DNA from: Desulfovibrio sp.
GTDB lineage: Bacteria; Desulfobacterota; Desulfovibrionia; Desulfovibrionales; Desulfovibrionaceae
Assembly (NCBI GenBank): GCA_031276785.1
Contig: JAISMK010000060.1
Span: 1 to 57,947, forward strand
Direction of reading: 5' to 3'
DNA: 57,947 nucleotides
Shown here: piece after piece, positions 9,584-19,595 of the stretch
Position numbering within the stretch: position 1 is the first letter of the stretch
Layout: the number at the start of each line of letters is the position of its first letter
The notes under the pieces: generated by a model
What the model saw: the letters and a program-made list of their open reading frames with translations, nothing else
The model's database searches: none
Told to the model about the DNA's origin: nothing
Translations under genes and position numbers: made by a program

Positions 9584-9830
9584 AAGAACTGTGCCGAGAG
9601 AGTCAATCCCGGCCCATATATCCCGCCCAGTCTGAGGGATACGCATATCCGCCACTCTCTTCCGTCAGTCGCACTGTTTTCCGGACAATTCCAACCCTGC
9701 AAGCCGTCATTCCGCCGCCAGGCGGCCGCGGCGCCACTGTGAAAAGCGCGGGAAGGCGATAGTGAGATGGATTTATCACTCCCAGGCTGAAAAAGTCAAG
9801 CCTTGCGCGGACGTCCGCAAATGGCCATCC

Positions 9831-9924
9831 CGGCGGGCAAGCCCGCCTGCAAGCATTTCGCGGCAAGGATTCGCAGGCGAATCCCTGCCGAGCGGATCAA
9901 CTTTTTCAAAGTTAAACCGCTCCA
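9831..9924. repeat. Family A repeat (inverted, partial)
   Basis: gcgggcaagcccgc...gcaaggattcgcaggcgaatcc...gagcggatcaactttttcaaagttaaaccgctc. Confidence 0.7.
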
Positions 9925-9938
9925 GGCGAACTATATTT

Positions 9939-10022
9939 TGGTAGCCGGGGAGAGATTCGAACTCTCATGCCTCGCGGCGCCGCATTTTGAGTGCGGTGCG
10001 TATACCTTTTCGCCACCCGGCC
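9939..10022 (-). tRNA. tRNA-Leu(CAA)
   Basis: Anticodon arm ccgca-ctCAAaa-tgcgg, long variable arm, T-loop ttcgaat, encoded CCA. Confidence 0.95.
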
Positions 10023-10169
10023 CTGAAACGCGCTTGAGGGAATCGCGCGGCAGGACGGCAGGCCCGGCCTTCCAGGCAGGCGCAACGGGTCTCCGCCCTC
10101 CGCGGCCTCACTCCGCGCGGCATCATGCCACACTCCGGAGCGGGAATCAAGGCGCGCGTTCCGCCCCCT

Positions 10170-11003
10170 TCAGGCCAGCCCGAGCAGCCGGGCGGCGTTG
10201 CCGCCCAGGATCCTGCGCCGGGATTCCTCGGACAGGCCAATCTGGGAAAATTTGGCTATGCTGTCCCTGATGACCACCTGGGGCCAGTCCGTACCGAAGA
10301 TAAAGGAGTGCGAAAATCTGTCCATGTCGGGAAAGTATTGAAGAAGTTTCCGGACAGGCAGCCCGGTGACGTCAATGCTTATGTTCCGGTGCAGGCGCGC
10401 CATGGTCATGGCTTCGTCATACCAGGCCCCCCTGCCGCCGTGGGCCAGGACAATATTCAGGCGGGGAAAATCCTGGGCCACGTCGTCAAAAAAGATGGGA
10501 TTGCCGTACTTTATGCGGGCGTGGCGGAAGACGGAGGAGCCGGTGTGGAAAAGCACTGGAATACCCATCTCCTGGGCCAGTCCGTACAGGGGGTACATCT
10601 TGGCCTCATTGGGATAGAAATGGTTATAGGTGGGGTAGAGCTTCAGCCCCTTGAAACCCAGGTCGCCGCAGTACTTTTTCAGGATTCCCGGAGGGTCCTG
10701 GTCCAGATGGGGATTGACGGTGCAAAAGGGGATCAGCTTTCCCCGTCCGGCGCAGAACTCCGCCACCTGGTCATTGGAGGCGCGCCCTGTGGTCAGAGGC
10801 GCCTCCTCGGCCAGGATGACGCCGTAATCCAGCCCGTTTTCCGTGATCATCCGGACAAAGGCGTCCGGATCGGCATATGTACGTTCAAAGGCCTCGTAGT
10901 CCTCCCGCCGGGGAAATACGGAGTCCATCAGATCCAGCAGGGATTGTGAGGGAGGGTTGTAGCGGACCAGATGGATGTGAAAGTCAATTACAGGCGTCTG
11001 CAT
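10170..11003 (-). CDS. Amidohydrolase_2-family metal-dependent hydrolase
   Basis: IDFHIH, GLKLYP, PVLFHTG, IVLAHGG, FGTDWP. Confidence 0.9.
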   Translation of the reverse strand: MQTPVIDFHIHLVRYNPPSQSLLDLMDSVFPRREDYEAFERTYADPDAFVRMITENGLDYGVILAEEAPLTTGRASNDQVAEFCAGRGKLIPFCTVNPHLDQDPPGILKKYCGDLGFKGLKLYPTYNHFYPNEAKMYPLYGLAQEMGIPVLFHTGSSVFRHARIKYGNPIFFDDVAQDFPRLNIVLAHGGRGAWYDEAMTMARLHRNISIDVTGLPVRKLLQYFPDMDRFSHSFIFGTDWPQVVIRDSIAKFSQIGLSEESRRRILGGNAARLLGLA

Positions 11004-11286
11004 GGGAATTTTCCTGATGGTTACGGGAGGGCGGGGGCGGGGAGAAGCCCGCGGGAACCCGCGGCGCCGCGCGTTTCCTGCCGCCGGAAAAAAGGCTGAG
11101 GGCGAGTGGCTTACCCTAAATGTTCCCCACTGTCCAGACGCGGATATTCCGAGCGGCATGGTGCGACAGCGCTTTCAGCGCGGCTGCCAAATCAAAACCG
11201 CATAACCGCGGTTTTGATTTGGCAATGGACCCGGGCCGCCGGGGCGGCGTTCGGGAGAAACCGCTCCGGGGCCGGATTGGCAAAGG

Positions 11287-11703
11287 TCAGCGGGCCACCA
11301 TTTCGGCGTGGGGCACGAAGATCTTGCGATGGCAGTGTTTGGGCACCACAGTGATGCCGATGGCTTTGCACACCAGGATGGGCTCGGGCAGGAAATCGGC
11401 CGCGGAATCTTCGCCATCCTTGGCCAGGGTGATGAACTTCCAGCTTTCAAACTGCATAGTGCGCGAGGTGTTCCCGACCTTGATGTACCAGCCGCGGGCC
11501 TCAATGAAGTCCCCGGCGAACACCGGAGCCAGAAAGTCCACATGCTCGTAGGTACGGAACAGTCCCTCGTCGCCGTCGCTCAGGATGGCAAGCTCGGTGG
11601 CCACGTCGCCGAACAGGTCAAGCTGGCGGGAACCGTTCACCAGGTTGCCGGCATAGTGAGCGTCCGCGGCGCCCATACGGATGCGGATAGTTGCAACTCT
11701 CAT
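11287..11703 (-). CDS. kal: 3-aminobutyryl-CoA / beta-alanyl-CoA ammonia-lyase (hotdog fold)
   Basis: [16 protein letters not shown]...LFGDVATEL...DGDEGLF...[13 protein letters not shown] signature; substrate (Kal versus Acl) unresolved. Confidence 0.8.
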   Translation of the reverse strand: MRVATIRIRMGAADAHYAGNLVNGSRQLDLFGDVATELAILSDGDEGLFRTYEHVDFLAPVFAGDFIEARGWYIKVGNTSRTMQFESWKFITLAKDGEDSAADFLPEPILVCKAIGITVVPKHCHRKIFVPHAEMVAR

Positions 11704-11768
11704 GTTAAAAACCTCCAGATACGGTAAAATGGTTTCCGGCGCGGGGCAATCCCCGCGCCGATGGTTTA

Positions 11769-13112
11769 TCAGACCGCTTCAGGGCTGGTTCCCCCAGCTC
11801 GAACGGATTCCTGTTTCCAGAACAACTGGCCCAATACCCAGCCGATGACCATGAACCAGACAAAACCCAGACCGTCAGCCTGTCCGGGAACCATATGGAT
11901 GAAGGGCAGGCCGTCCTCCCGGCCCATGAGCTTCAAATAGCCGTCCAGGGCGTCGAAGGCCCCCCAGAGCAGGGTGGCGTAACAGGCGCCGCGCCGGCCG
12001 CTGATGTACGGGGCAAGGAAGGCCGTGCACAGGGTCAGGGCGATGGCCGGGGGATATACAAGGTTCAGCATGGGGGTAGCCCAGACCACGATGGTCCCAA
12101 GGCCGGCCACGCTGACAAAGGCGGACAGGATCAGGGAAGCAATGCAGGCCTTTTTGTACGGTAAAGAACCATTAGAGGCGTTTTCAGCGTATGCGCCGCA
12201 GCCGGCGGCAAGGCCGATGGCCGTGGTCATGGCCGCAAAGGCCAGGGCGATGTTGAAGAAAATCCCCCCCACATGGCCGTACTGCTCCAGCACGATGGTG
12301 GCGGACAGTTTGGCGTAGTTGAGATCCGGCAGCAGTTGGCTCGCGGTGTGTCCTCTGTACATTTCTCCGAGCTGTATGCAGCCCATGACGGCGAAGCCGA
12401 TGGCCCCCACGATGACCAGATAGGTGTTGGTGCGCGAAATCTGCCCCCTGAGGCGGGACTTCAGGTCAAAGACGATAATGCTGGCGAACATCAGGGCGCA
12501 GGTCAGATCCATGGTCTGGTAGCCGTTGACGAAGCCGTAGCTTAAGGGAGAGCGGCTGTAGTTGGGCGGGGCCGTCGGCCCGATGGGGTCGATAAGGGCC
12601 TTGCCGATGACCGCGATTTCAATCAGCACCAGAGCGGGGACCAGGAATTTGCTGAGTTTGTCCACAATCTGGGATTCTTTGTAAATGAACCAGTAGACGA
12701 TGCCGTAATACAGAGCCTGGAAGACCACCGACATCATAAAGGCTGACTCGTTCAGGTCCAGGCCGGTCACCCGGCTGACGGCGTCCCAGGAGGCGGCGCT
12801 CATGCGCGGGATAACAAAGAGAGGGCCGGTGATCATGATGGTCACATGACCGAAAAAACGCACAAAATTCGGCCCCACTTGAGAGGACAGAACATAAAGG
12901 GGGCCGCCGCCCTTGCTCACCGCAAGATAGCCCAGCCAGGGCAGAATAAGGCCGGAAAAGAAAAAGCCGGCAAAAGCCAAAAGAAATTGGTCGCCGGAGT
13001 CCCTTCCCCAGGTTGTGGGCCAGAGCATGCAGGATGCCCCGAAGTGCATGGAAAAAATGGCAAAGCCGATCCAGAGCAGAGTGACTAGGCTGAGTCGCTG
13101 TTGGTTTTGCAT
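11769..13112 (-). CDS. brnQ: BrnQ/LIVCS-family amino acid:cation symporter
   Basis: [36 protein letters not shown]; multi-TM. Confidence 0.8.
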   Translation of the reverse strand: MQNQQRLSLVTLLWIGFAIFSMHFGASCMLWPTTWGRDSGDQFLLAFAGFFFSGLILPWLGYLAVSKGGGPLYVLSSQVGPNFVRFFGHVTIMITGPLFVIPRMSAASWDAVSRVTGLDLNESAFMMSVVFQALYYGIVYWFIYKESQIVDKLSKFLVPALVLIEIAVIGKALIDPIGPTAPPNYSRSPLSYGFVNGYQTMDLTCALMFASIIVFDLKSRLRGQISRTNTYLVIVGAIGFAVMGCIQLGEMYRGHTASQLLPDLNYAKLSATIVLEQYGHVGGIFFNIALAFAAMTTAIGLAAGCGAYAENASNGSLPYKKACIASLILSAFVSVAGLGTIVVWATPMLNLVYPPAIALTLCTAFLAPYISGRRGACYATLLWGAFDALDGYLKLMGREDGLPFIHMVPGQADGLGFVWFMVIGWVLGQLFWKQESVRAGGTSPEAV

Positions 13113-13203
13113 ATAAGGCGCCTCCTAAAACGCTTGACATAGTCTGATGAATTTACCGCGAAAATGCGTTGGACGACCCGGAGGCATCAGCTTCCGCCAG
13201 TTG

Positions 13204-13261
13204 TGCTTGTAGGCGGGCTTAGCCCGCCGTTAAGCAAGCATTTCAAGCGTACAATGCTCTA
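13204..13261. repeat. Family A repeat, right half
   Basis: tgcttgtaggcgggcttagcccgccgttaagcaagcatttcaagcgtacaatgctcta; contains the CoA-transferase stop. Confidence 0.7.
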
Positions 13262-14449
13262 AAAAATGGCCCCCGACTCCTTCAAGGCGCGCACCTCTTC
13301 CGCGCCATAGCCCAGAAGATCGCGGAGCACCTCTTCGTTATGCTGCCCCAGGAGAGGGGCGGGGCGCTCAATAGCGTCGGAAACGCCCCGGACCTTAATG
13401 GGAATGCCGCACAGACGCACCCTGCCCAGAGCGGGGTCGTCCACTTCCTGAACCATGTTGCGGGCGGCGATCTGCGGATGCTCCGTGGCCTGGGCCACAT
13501 TAAGCACCGGGCCGCAGGGGATGCCGGCCTTGACGAGAATTTCCTCCATCTCCGCGACGGTTTTGGTGGCCGTCCACTTCAAAAGGATTCCGCGCAGGCT
13601 GTTTTCGTAGTTGGCGCAACGATCCTCGTTGGTCCGGTAGCGGGGGTCGTCGCCCAATTCCGGTCTGCCCATAGCCTGGCAGACCTCGCGCCACATCTTG
13701 TCCGTGCCCACGCCCATGACAAAGACGCCGTCCTTGGCCTCAAAGGTGTCAAAGGGGGCGATGGCCGGATCCACATTGCCCATTTGCCGCGGGACAACGC
13801 CTTCCACCGTATAGGTTACGACGGCGTTTTCCAGGTTGTGGAACAGGGTATCCAGCATGGCCACGTCCAGGCGGTGCCCCCGGCCGCTGCGCTCCCGGTT
13901 GAACAGGGCCATGGCGATGCCCATGGTCAGGTAGGAGCCGGTATAGCTGTCGCCCAGGGAGGGGCCGACCTTGGTGGGCCCCTTGTCGGCAAAGCCGGTG
14001 ATGCTCATGATTCCGCTCATGCCCTGGGCCACGATGTCATAGGCCGGGCGTCCGGAAAGCGGCCCCTGCAGACCGAAACCGGAAATGGAAGCATAGATGA
14101 TCCTGGGATTCACCTTCGCCAGATCCTCATAGCCCAGTCCCAGCTTTTCCATAGTGCCCACGCGGAAATTCTCCACCACCACGTCCGCCTTGGCCGCCAG
14201 GCGGCGGAAGACCCCCTTGCCAGCCTCAGTTCCCAAATCCAGAGTCATGCCCAGCTTGTTACGGTTTATAAGGGAGTAGTAGGCGCTTGCCCCGTTGCGG
14301 AAAGGTCCCCAGGTCCGGGTCTGATCCCCGTGGGGGGGGCGCTCCAGTTTGATGACCCTGGCCCCATGATCCGCAAGATGCATGGTGCAGAAAGGACCGC
14401 TGTAGGCCTGGGTCAGATCCAGTACAGTAACTCCGTCAAGTAGCTTCAT
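13259..14449 (-). CDS. Family III (CaiB/BaiF) CoA-transferase
   Basis: LDGVTVLDLTQAYSGPFC, NRNKLG, ADVVVENFR, AYDIVAQGMSG, PAPLLGQH. Confidence 0.93.
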   Translation of the reverse strand: MKLLDGVTVLDLTQAYSGPFCTMHLADHGARVIKLERPPHGDQTRTWGPFRNGASAYYSLINRNKLGMTLDLGTEAGKGVFRRLAAKADVVVENFRVGTMEKLGLGYEDLAKVNPRIIYASISGFGLQGPLSGRPAYDIVAQGMSGIMSITGFADKGPTKVGPSLGDSYTGSYLTMGIAMALFNRERSGRGHRLDVAMLDTLFHNLENAVVTYTVEGVVPRQMGNVDPAIAPFDTFEAKDGVFVMGVGTDKMWREVCQAMGRPELGDDPRYRTNEDRCANYENSLRGILLKWTATKTVAEMEEILVKAGIPCGPVLNVAQATEHPQIAARNMVQEVDDPALGRVRLCGIPIKVRGVSDAIERPAPLLGQHNEEVLRDLLGYGAEEVRALKESGAIF

Positions 14450-14623
14450 CTCTTTCCTCCAAACGTTGCCCGGCTCCGGGCCGGCGGCTTTTTATCAACC
14501 GGGAAAACAATCTGTTTCCCTTTGTTTCATCTTTCCGACCCGGAGGTCCGCAGAGTCTCCGGGCCAGAATGTGTCGTACTCCCCGACACTCGGGAGGGGA
14601 CAATATCCTTACGCATCCAATTT

Positions 14624-14639
14624 TGCATATCCTGTGCCA
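14624..14639 (-). promoter_or_regulatory. Putative sigma54 -24/-12 promoter for the CoA-transferase operon
   Basis: TGGCACAGGATATGCA, exact GG-N10-GC spacing, ~175 nt upstream of ATG. Confidence 0.6.
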
Positions 14640-14820
14640 GCGCCGGAAACCCAAGGGGCCGGCCCGACCGGCGGCAGACGGAAGGCGGATAGTTTGTTCT
14701 ATAACTAACTTTTTCCCCTGTGTCCTCTAAAATCTTTTTTTTGGGCAAAGATTTTTTCCGTGCCCCCCGGCTCTCCGGCCAGGCCCAACTCAAGCAATTA
14801 ACGCTGATTACATGGATTGT

Positions 14821-14950
14821 GGGAACGCTGAGTTTTTGTGTTTGGCAAGGCGCGAGTTCTTTTTGCAGAGGGGCTGGACTCTTCCGTCCCGCCCCTCTGC
14901 AAAAAGAACGAACAACGCAGTCCAAACGGAATAAATCAGCGTTTCCCTAA
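14821..14950. repeat. MITE-like repeat, family B, full length
   Basis: Terminal inverted repeats gggaacgctga / tcagcgtttccc. Confidence 0.8.
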
Positions 14951-15390
14951 AACGCCGTCCGCGGACGCTGGACCGCCTCAAGGGGAGCGGCGGCCTGGCC
15001 GCCGGGCGGCCGGATATCGCGGCCAGCGTCCTTTTGAGAAAGAGATCCGGCGGCAGCGGATGGAGTGTAGTCCCCAACGACACTTTTCCCTTTCCGCATC
15101 ATGCTCGCCTGCGATCATGCGCTGGCAGATACTCTGCATTTTAATATAATATATTTAAATTAAAAAATTTTTTTCATGCTAAAGGCTATTCCCCCAGGCC
15201 TTTGCAATGCGCTTGCGCATTATTAGCTGTTTTGCGCTTTTTTTCACAAATGCCCCGCGTAGCGCAAAACAAGAGGTTTTTCTCCCGGCCTCCCGCTTCC
15301 GCCCCCAGGCCCTGCCAGGATGCCCGCCGGGGGGAGCCGCCTCTACGCCCGCGCCATTTTGCCAGTTTCCCACTTCTCCGGGCGGATGAA

Positions 15391-15406
15391 TGGAATGCTT
15401 TTTGCT
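15391..15406 (+). promoter_or_regulatory. Putative sigma54 promoter for the amidohydrolase/nitrilase operon
   Basis: TGGAATGCTTTTTGCT (GG-N10-GC) 45 nt before ATG 15452; upstream AT-rich tract and ttttgcgct...agcgcaaaa inverted repeat. Confidence 0.6.
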
Positions 15407-15451
15407 GAACAGTCGGGAGAAACGACATCTATCACCAAGGAGTTAAGCGCT

Positions 15452-17074
15452 ATGGGAGCACAAGCTGATACAGTATTCCTGAACGGACAGGTTATCACCG
15501 TAAATGGCCGCAACGACATAGCCGAGGCCCTGGCGGTCAAGGACGGGGCCATCGTCTTTGTAGGCGCGAACGCTGGGGCGCGGCAGCTCGCCCAGGGCGC
15601 GGAGGTCGTCGATCTCAAGGGAAGGAGCCTGATCCCGGGCTTTACGGACGTTCACGAGCATATCCTGGTGCGCGGCGGCAATGAGTTGGGCGTGGACTGT
15701 CGCTCTCCGGGGGTCAAATCCATTGAGGACATCAAGGCCCTTATCGCCGCCCGAGCCAAAATAACGCCCAAGGGCGGCTGGATTCGCGGCTGGGGCTACG
15801 ATCACTCCAAGCTGGCCGAAGGCCGCCATCCGGATCGCTTTGATCTGGATGAAGCCGCTCCGGATCATAAGGTGCTGATTGTGCGAGTTTGCTGTCACAT
15901 TGCCGCCTTCAACACCAATGCCCTGCGCCATGCCGGGGCGGCGGACGAGGCTCTTAAGGAATTGGCCGGCGGCCCTGTGGGCCAGCGCAACGGCGTCAAC
16001 AACGGGGTTATGTTTGAAAACGCCTGTATGGAGGTTCTCAGCACGGCCCAGCCGTCGCTGGAGGAGATGGTGGATTCCCTGGCCGTGGTCAGCGGCATGC
16101 TTCTGAAGGAGGGCATCACCTGCTGCCATGACGCGGGCGGCCACGGCGCCCCCAGCATGAAGGCCTTCCAGAAGGCGGTGGAACTGGAGCGGATCAAAAC
16201 CCGGATCATCACCATGCTTTTCGCCCTGGTGGGGGAAAGCACGGAATTTTCCAACCTGTATATCAATTCCGGCATTTACACCGGGTTCGGCAATGACCGC
16301 CTGAAGCTCGGACCCGTCAAGATCATGATAGACGGCAGCAGCAGCGGGCCTACGGCGGCCACGATGGAGGAATACGCGAGCGCCCCCGGCAATCACGGTC
16401 TGCTCAGCCTGACCCAAGAATATATTGACGACATAGTCCTGCGCGCCCATGTGGCCGGCTACCAGATGACCACCCACGCCGTGGGCGACAAGGCCGTCAT
16501 CATGTTCCTTGATGCTGTGGAAAAAGCCCTGAAGGCCCACCCCAGGCAGGATCACCGCCACAGAATCGAACACTGCGCCATGGTGGGCCACAACCCGGAC
16601 ATCATCAGCCGCATTCGCCGTCTCGGCGTCATCCCCGCGGCCCAGCCCATCTTCCTCTATGAATTCGGGGACGGCTACATCCGCAATTTCGGGCAAAAGC
16701 GCGGCGGCGGCATGTTCCCCAGCGCCTCCCTGCTCAAGGCCGGCATCCCCGTGGCCGGCAGTTCCGACTGCCCGGTGACCTTTTCCAACCCCCTGCTCAA
16801 CATCCATGTGGCCGTCAACCGCGAAACCCAGACCGGCCAGCTCATCGGTCCGGATGAACGCGTTTCCGTGGCCGACGCCATCAGGATGTTCACCTATAAC
16901 GCTGCCTACGCCAGCTTTGACGAAAAGAAGCGAGGAAGCCTGGAAACAGGCAAATTCGCGGATCTAGCCGTGCTGTCCGAGCCGCTTCTGAACGTTTCCC
17001 CCAAGGCCATCAAGGATGTCGTTGTGGACATGACTTTTATTGATGGCCAAAAACTGTACGAGCGGCAGGCCTGA
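15452..17074 (+). CDS. Amidohydrolase_3 (YtcJ-like) metal-dependent hydrolase
   Basis: PGFTDVHEH, VKIMIDGS, HAVGD, HRIEHC, GSSDCP, GKFADLAVL; RBS aaggag. Confidence 0.92.
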   Translation: MGAQADTVFLNGQVITVNGRNDIAEALAVKDGAIVFVGANAGARQLAQGAEVVDLKGRSLIPGFTDVHEHILVRGGNELGVDCRSPGVKSIEDIKALIAARAKITPKGGWIRGWGYDHSKLAEGRHPDRFDLDEAAPDHKVLIVRVCCHIAAFNTNALRHAGAADEALKELAGGPVGQRNGVNNGVMFENACMEVLSTAQPSLEEMVDSLAVVSGMLLKEGITCCHDAGGHGAPSMKAFQKAVELERIKTRIITMLFALVGESTEFSNLYINSGIYTGFGNDRLKLGPVKIMIDGSSSGPTAATMEEYASAPGNHGLLSLTQEYIDDIVLRAHVAGYQMTTHAVGDKAVIMFLDAVEKALKAHPRQDHRHRIEHCAMVGHNPDIISRIRRLGVIPAAQPIFLYEFGDGYIRNFGQKRGGGMFPSASLLKAGIPVAGSSDCPVTFSNPLLNIHVAVNRETQTGQLIGPDERVSVADAIRMFTYNAAYASFDEKKRGSLETGKFADLAVLSEPLLNVSPKAIKDVVVDMTFIDGQKLYERQA

Positions 17075-17148
17075 GGCGGAGGGTTCCCCGCCCGTTCGTG
17101 CCTCTTTCCGCAGATCCCACAGGCAACATGTAACCCGGAGGGACCTTT

Positions 17149-18366
17149 ATGCAGACCGGACTTCAGGCTTCTCTTCTGAAAGAACGCCCCACAAAAGCCT
17201 TTGTCTCCATTCTTGTGTTCGGCTGTATCCTGTATTTTCTCATGAAGGCCGTGCAGTCAGCCCTTCCCTCCGTCCTTTTTGATTATGCGCTCTGGTGGAA
17301 AGAAATTGAGAGCAGCGCCCTGTACCGGTTCCTGTGGATGATCGGGGACGCCACGGAGCCGCATTTTCACAAGACCCTGCTGGGCGGTATCGGCGTGACG
17401 GTCGGCTCCTTCATCGCCTACAGGCTGGACAAGGCCCGTTCCCCCAAAGCCGGCACGCCCGTCTGCTACGGCACGGGCCTCTGGCCCTGGGTGTTCGCTT
17501 CCAGCGTGTTCAGTCTGGGCCTGTCCATCCTGCTTTTCGGCGGCCTGCGCAATGAGGACGGCTGGGTGCCCACCTTTGTGCCCTATGTCAGCGTGGCCGG
17601 CTGCGTCATTCTCCTTTACGGCGGCGGCATGGCGAACATGCTCACCGGGGCCTTTTTCGGCGCGTTGATCACCGTGCCCATCACCCTGTTTTTGCGCCAA
17701 TACATATGCCTTCCCATGAACCTGCCCGGTGTCATCGGCAGCGTCAGCGGCATGTGGCTGGGCGGCATCCTGGTTTTTGAACTCTGTCACATATTGCCCT
17801 GGATGCGGAAGCTACCGCCTCCTCCCGGTGAGTACAACGCCGGGGCGGCGGCCGTGACGGCCATGAAACGGGAACGTCCCAATGAGTTCTTTGTCCGCCG
17901 GCTGATTGCCGACTATTCCGAACCCATGTTTGTGGGCAACGAGATCGCCGGCGCCTGCCTGATCCTCGGCAGCATGCTGACATGGCTGCTCAGTCCCAAC
18001 CAGCCGTACTACGGAACCGGCTGGTTTCCCGCCCTCATCTTCTGCCAGATTATCACCGGCGCCGTCGCCCTTTATGCCTACTGGCCCGGCTGGCGCGATG
18101 GGGACTTTTTCCCTTCCTTCGTGCCCGTTGTTTCCGTCGCGCCGGGCGTTGTCCTGGCGCACGGGCCCTCCCTGTTTGTTATCATCTGCTCAGCCGTTCT
18201 CGGCGGCCTGCTCAGCCCGCCGGTGGCCAACATGGTAAACCGGAGCATCCCCGCCCACTGGCATCCCATGATTGGATTCACCTTTTCCATGGCCTTCTGT
18301 ACCCTGGTGGTAAGCAGTTTGATCAAATATCTGCTCATGGCCTTCCCCTTCCTGGGATCTTACTGA
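17149..18366 (+). CDS. Polytopic membrane protein with twofold internal repeat (putative channel/transporter)
   Basis: ~10 TM segments; repeated D.[TS]EP.F, YGTG..P and P[TS]FVP.VSVA motifs. Confidence 0.8.
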   Translation: MQTGLQASLLKERPTKAFVSILVFGCILYFLMKAVQSALPSVLFDYALWWKEIESSALYRFLWMIGDATEPHFHKTLLGGIGVTVGSFIAYRLDKARSPKAGTPVCYGTGLWPWVFASSVFSLGLSILLFGGLRNEDGWVPTFVPYVSVAGCVILLYGGGMANMLTGAFFGALITVPITLFLRQYICLPMNLPGVIGSVSGMWLGGILVFELCHILPWMRKLPPPPGEYNAGAAAVTAMKRERPNEFFVRRLIADYSEPMFVGNEIAGACLILGSMLTWLLSPNQPYYGTGWFPALIFCQIITGAVALYAYWPGWRDGDFFPSFVPVVSVAPGVVLAHGPSLFVIICSAVLGGLLSPPVANMVNRSIPAHWHPMIGFTFSMAFCTLVVSSLIKYLLMAFPFLGSY

Positions 18367-18595
18367 AAGACCCGGAAGGTTCGCATAATGCCGCCTCACT
18401 GATTTCCGCAGAAATCAGTAAACATCGGCCGTAAGACCGATGCGCCGCGAAGCGGCGAGAGTTGGCCGAAAACCACGTTTTCCGGCCGACGATCCTGCGG
18501 TAAAAAGTGTACTTTTTACCGCATATATAAGTAAGAAAGGTGCGTCCCAAAACAGACACACAAAACAGATACTGAAATAAATCAAGGAGATTCTT

Positions 18596-19477
18596 ATGGT
18601 TGAGCAAAACCGTATTCTCAATTGTGAAAGCATGATCACTCTGGCCGCCATCCAAATGGAGCCGCGCATCGGCTATAAAGAGGCCAATGTGCGGCGTTCG
18701 TTGGAAATGATCAACGAGGCCGCTGACAAGGGCGCAAAATTTCTTGTTCTGCCCGAATTGTGCAACACAGGCTATATGTTCAACAGCCGGGAAGAGCTTT
18801 ACGCGGTGGCGGAAAAAATTCCGGAGGGCCCCACCACCCGGGCCTGGGCCAAGCTGGCCGTGGAACGCAAACTGTATATTGTGGCCGGCATTGCCGAACT
18901 GGCCGAGGACGGCATCCGCTGCTACAACTCCTGCATTCTGATCGGGCCAGACGGGTACATCGGCACGCATCGGAAGCTCCATGCCTGGTGTGATGAAAAG
19001 GTGTTCTTTGAATCCGGCAATCTGGGCTACCAAGTTTTTGAAACACCCATCGGCAGGATTTCCATGTTGATCTGCTATGACATGTGGTTCTTCGAGAATT
19101 TCCGGATCTTGGCCCGCAAGGGAGCGGATATCGTCTGCTGCCCCACCAACTGGGTGGATATCCCCCCGGCCGTGACCGCCGGCCCCGCCTTGGCGCAGAC
19201 CAATGCCGGCTGTAACAGCATCTTCGTTGTGGCTGCCGACAGAATCGGCGTTGAGCGCGGCTGCCGCTTTCCCGGCCGGAGCGTGATCATGGGGCCGGAC
19301 GGCTGGCACAGAGCTCCCATGGGCAGCGACGACAAGGAAGAGATTCTCATCGCCGAGGTCAACCTGATGGAAGCCCGGCGTCTGAACTGGAACCCGATGA
19401 ATGTGGTCTTCCGCGACCGGCGTACGGATCTGTATGACGATATGCTCGGTAGCGGCGAAAAGCCTCTGCCCAGATAG
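18596..19477 (+). CDS. Nitrilase-family carbon-nitrogen hydrolase
   Basis: Triad motifs VLPEL, HRKLH, LICYD. Confidence 0.92.
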   Translation: MVEQNRILNCESMITLAAIQMEPRIGYKEANVRRSLEMINEAADKGAKFLVLPELCNTGYMFNSREELYAVAEKIPEGPTTRAWAKLAVERKLYIVAGIAELAEDGIRCYNSCILIGPDGYIGTHRKLHAWCDEKVFFESGNLGYQVFETPIGRISMLICYDMWFFENFRILARKGADIVCCPTNWVDIPPAVTAGPALAQTNAGCNSIFVVAADRIGVERGCRFPGRSVIMGPDGWHRAPMGSDDKEEILIAEVNLMEARRLNWNPMNVVFRDRRTDLYDDMLGSGEKPLPR

Positions 19478-19595
19478 CCTCCATCCTGCCGCGTTGCCGG
19501 CAATGGGCACGGCGTCACCTCGTTTTTGCATCTCGCGCGGGTTGCGGGCATCGCCCGGCGAGCCAGCAACCGCGCACAACCAAGGAGAATCAAGT

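Noticed and set aside
11183..11224. Long perfect palindrome tgccaaatcaaaaccgc...gcggttttgatttggca
   Set aside because: Single copy in window; probably a terminator or another repeat family, cannot be assigned
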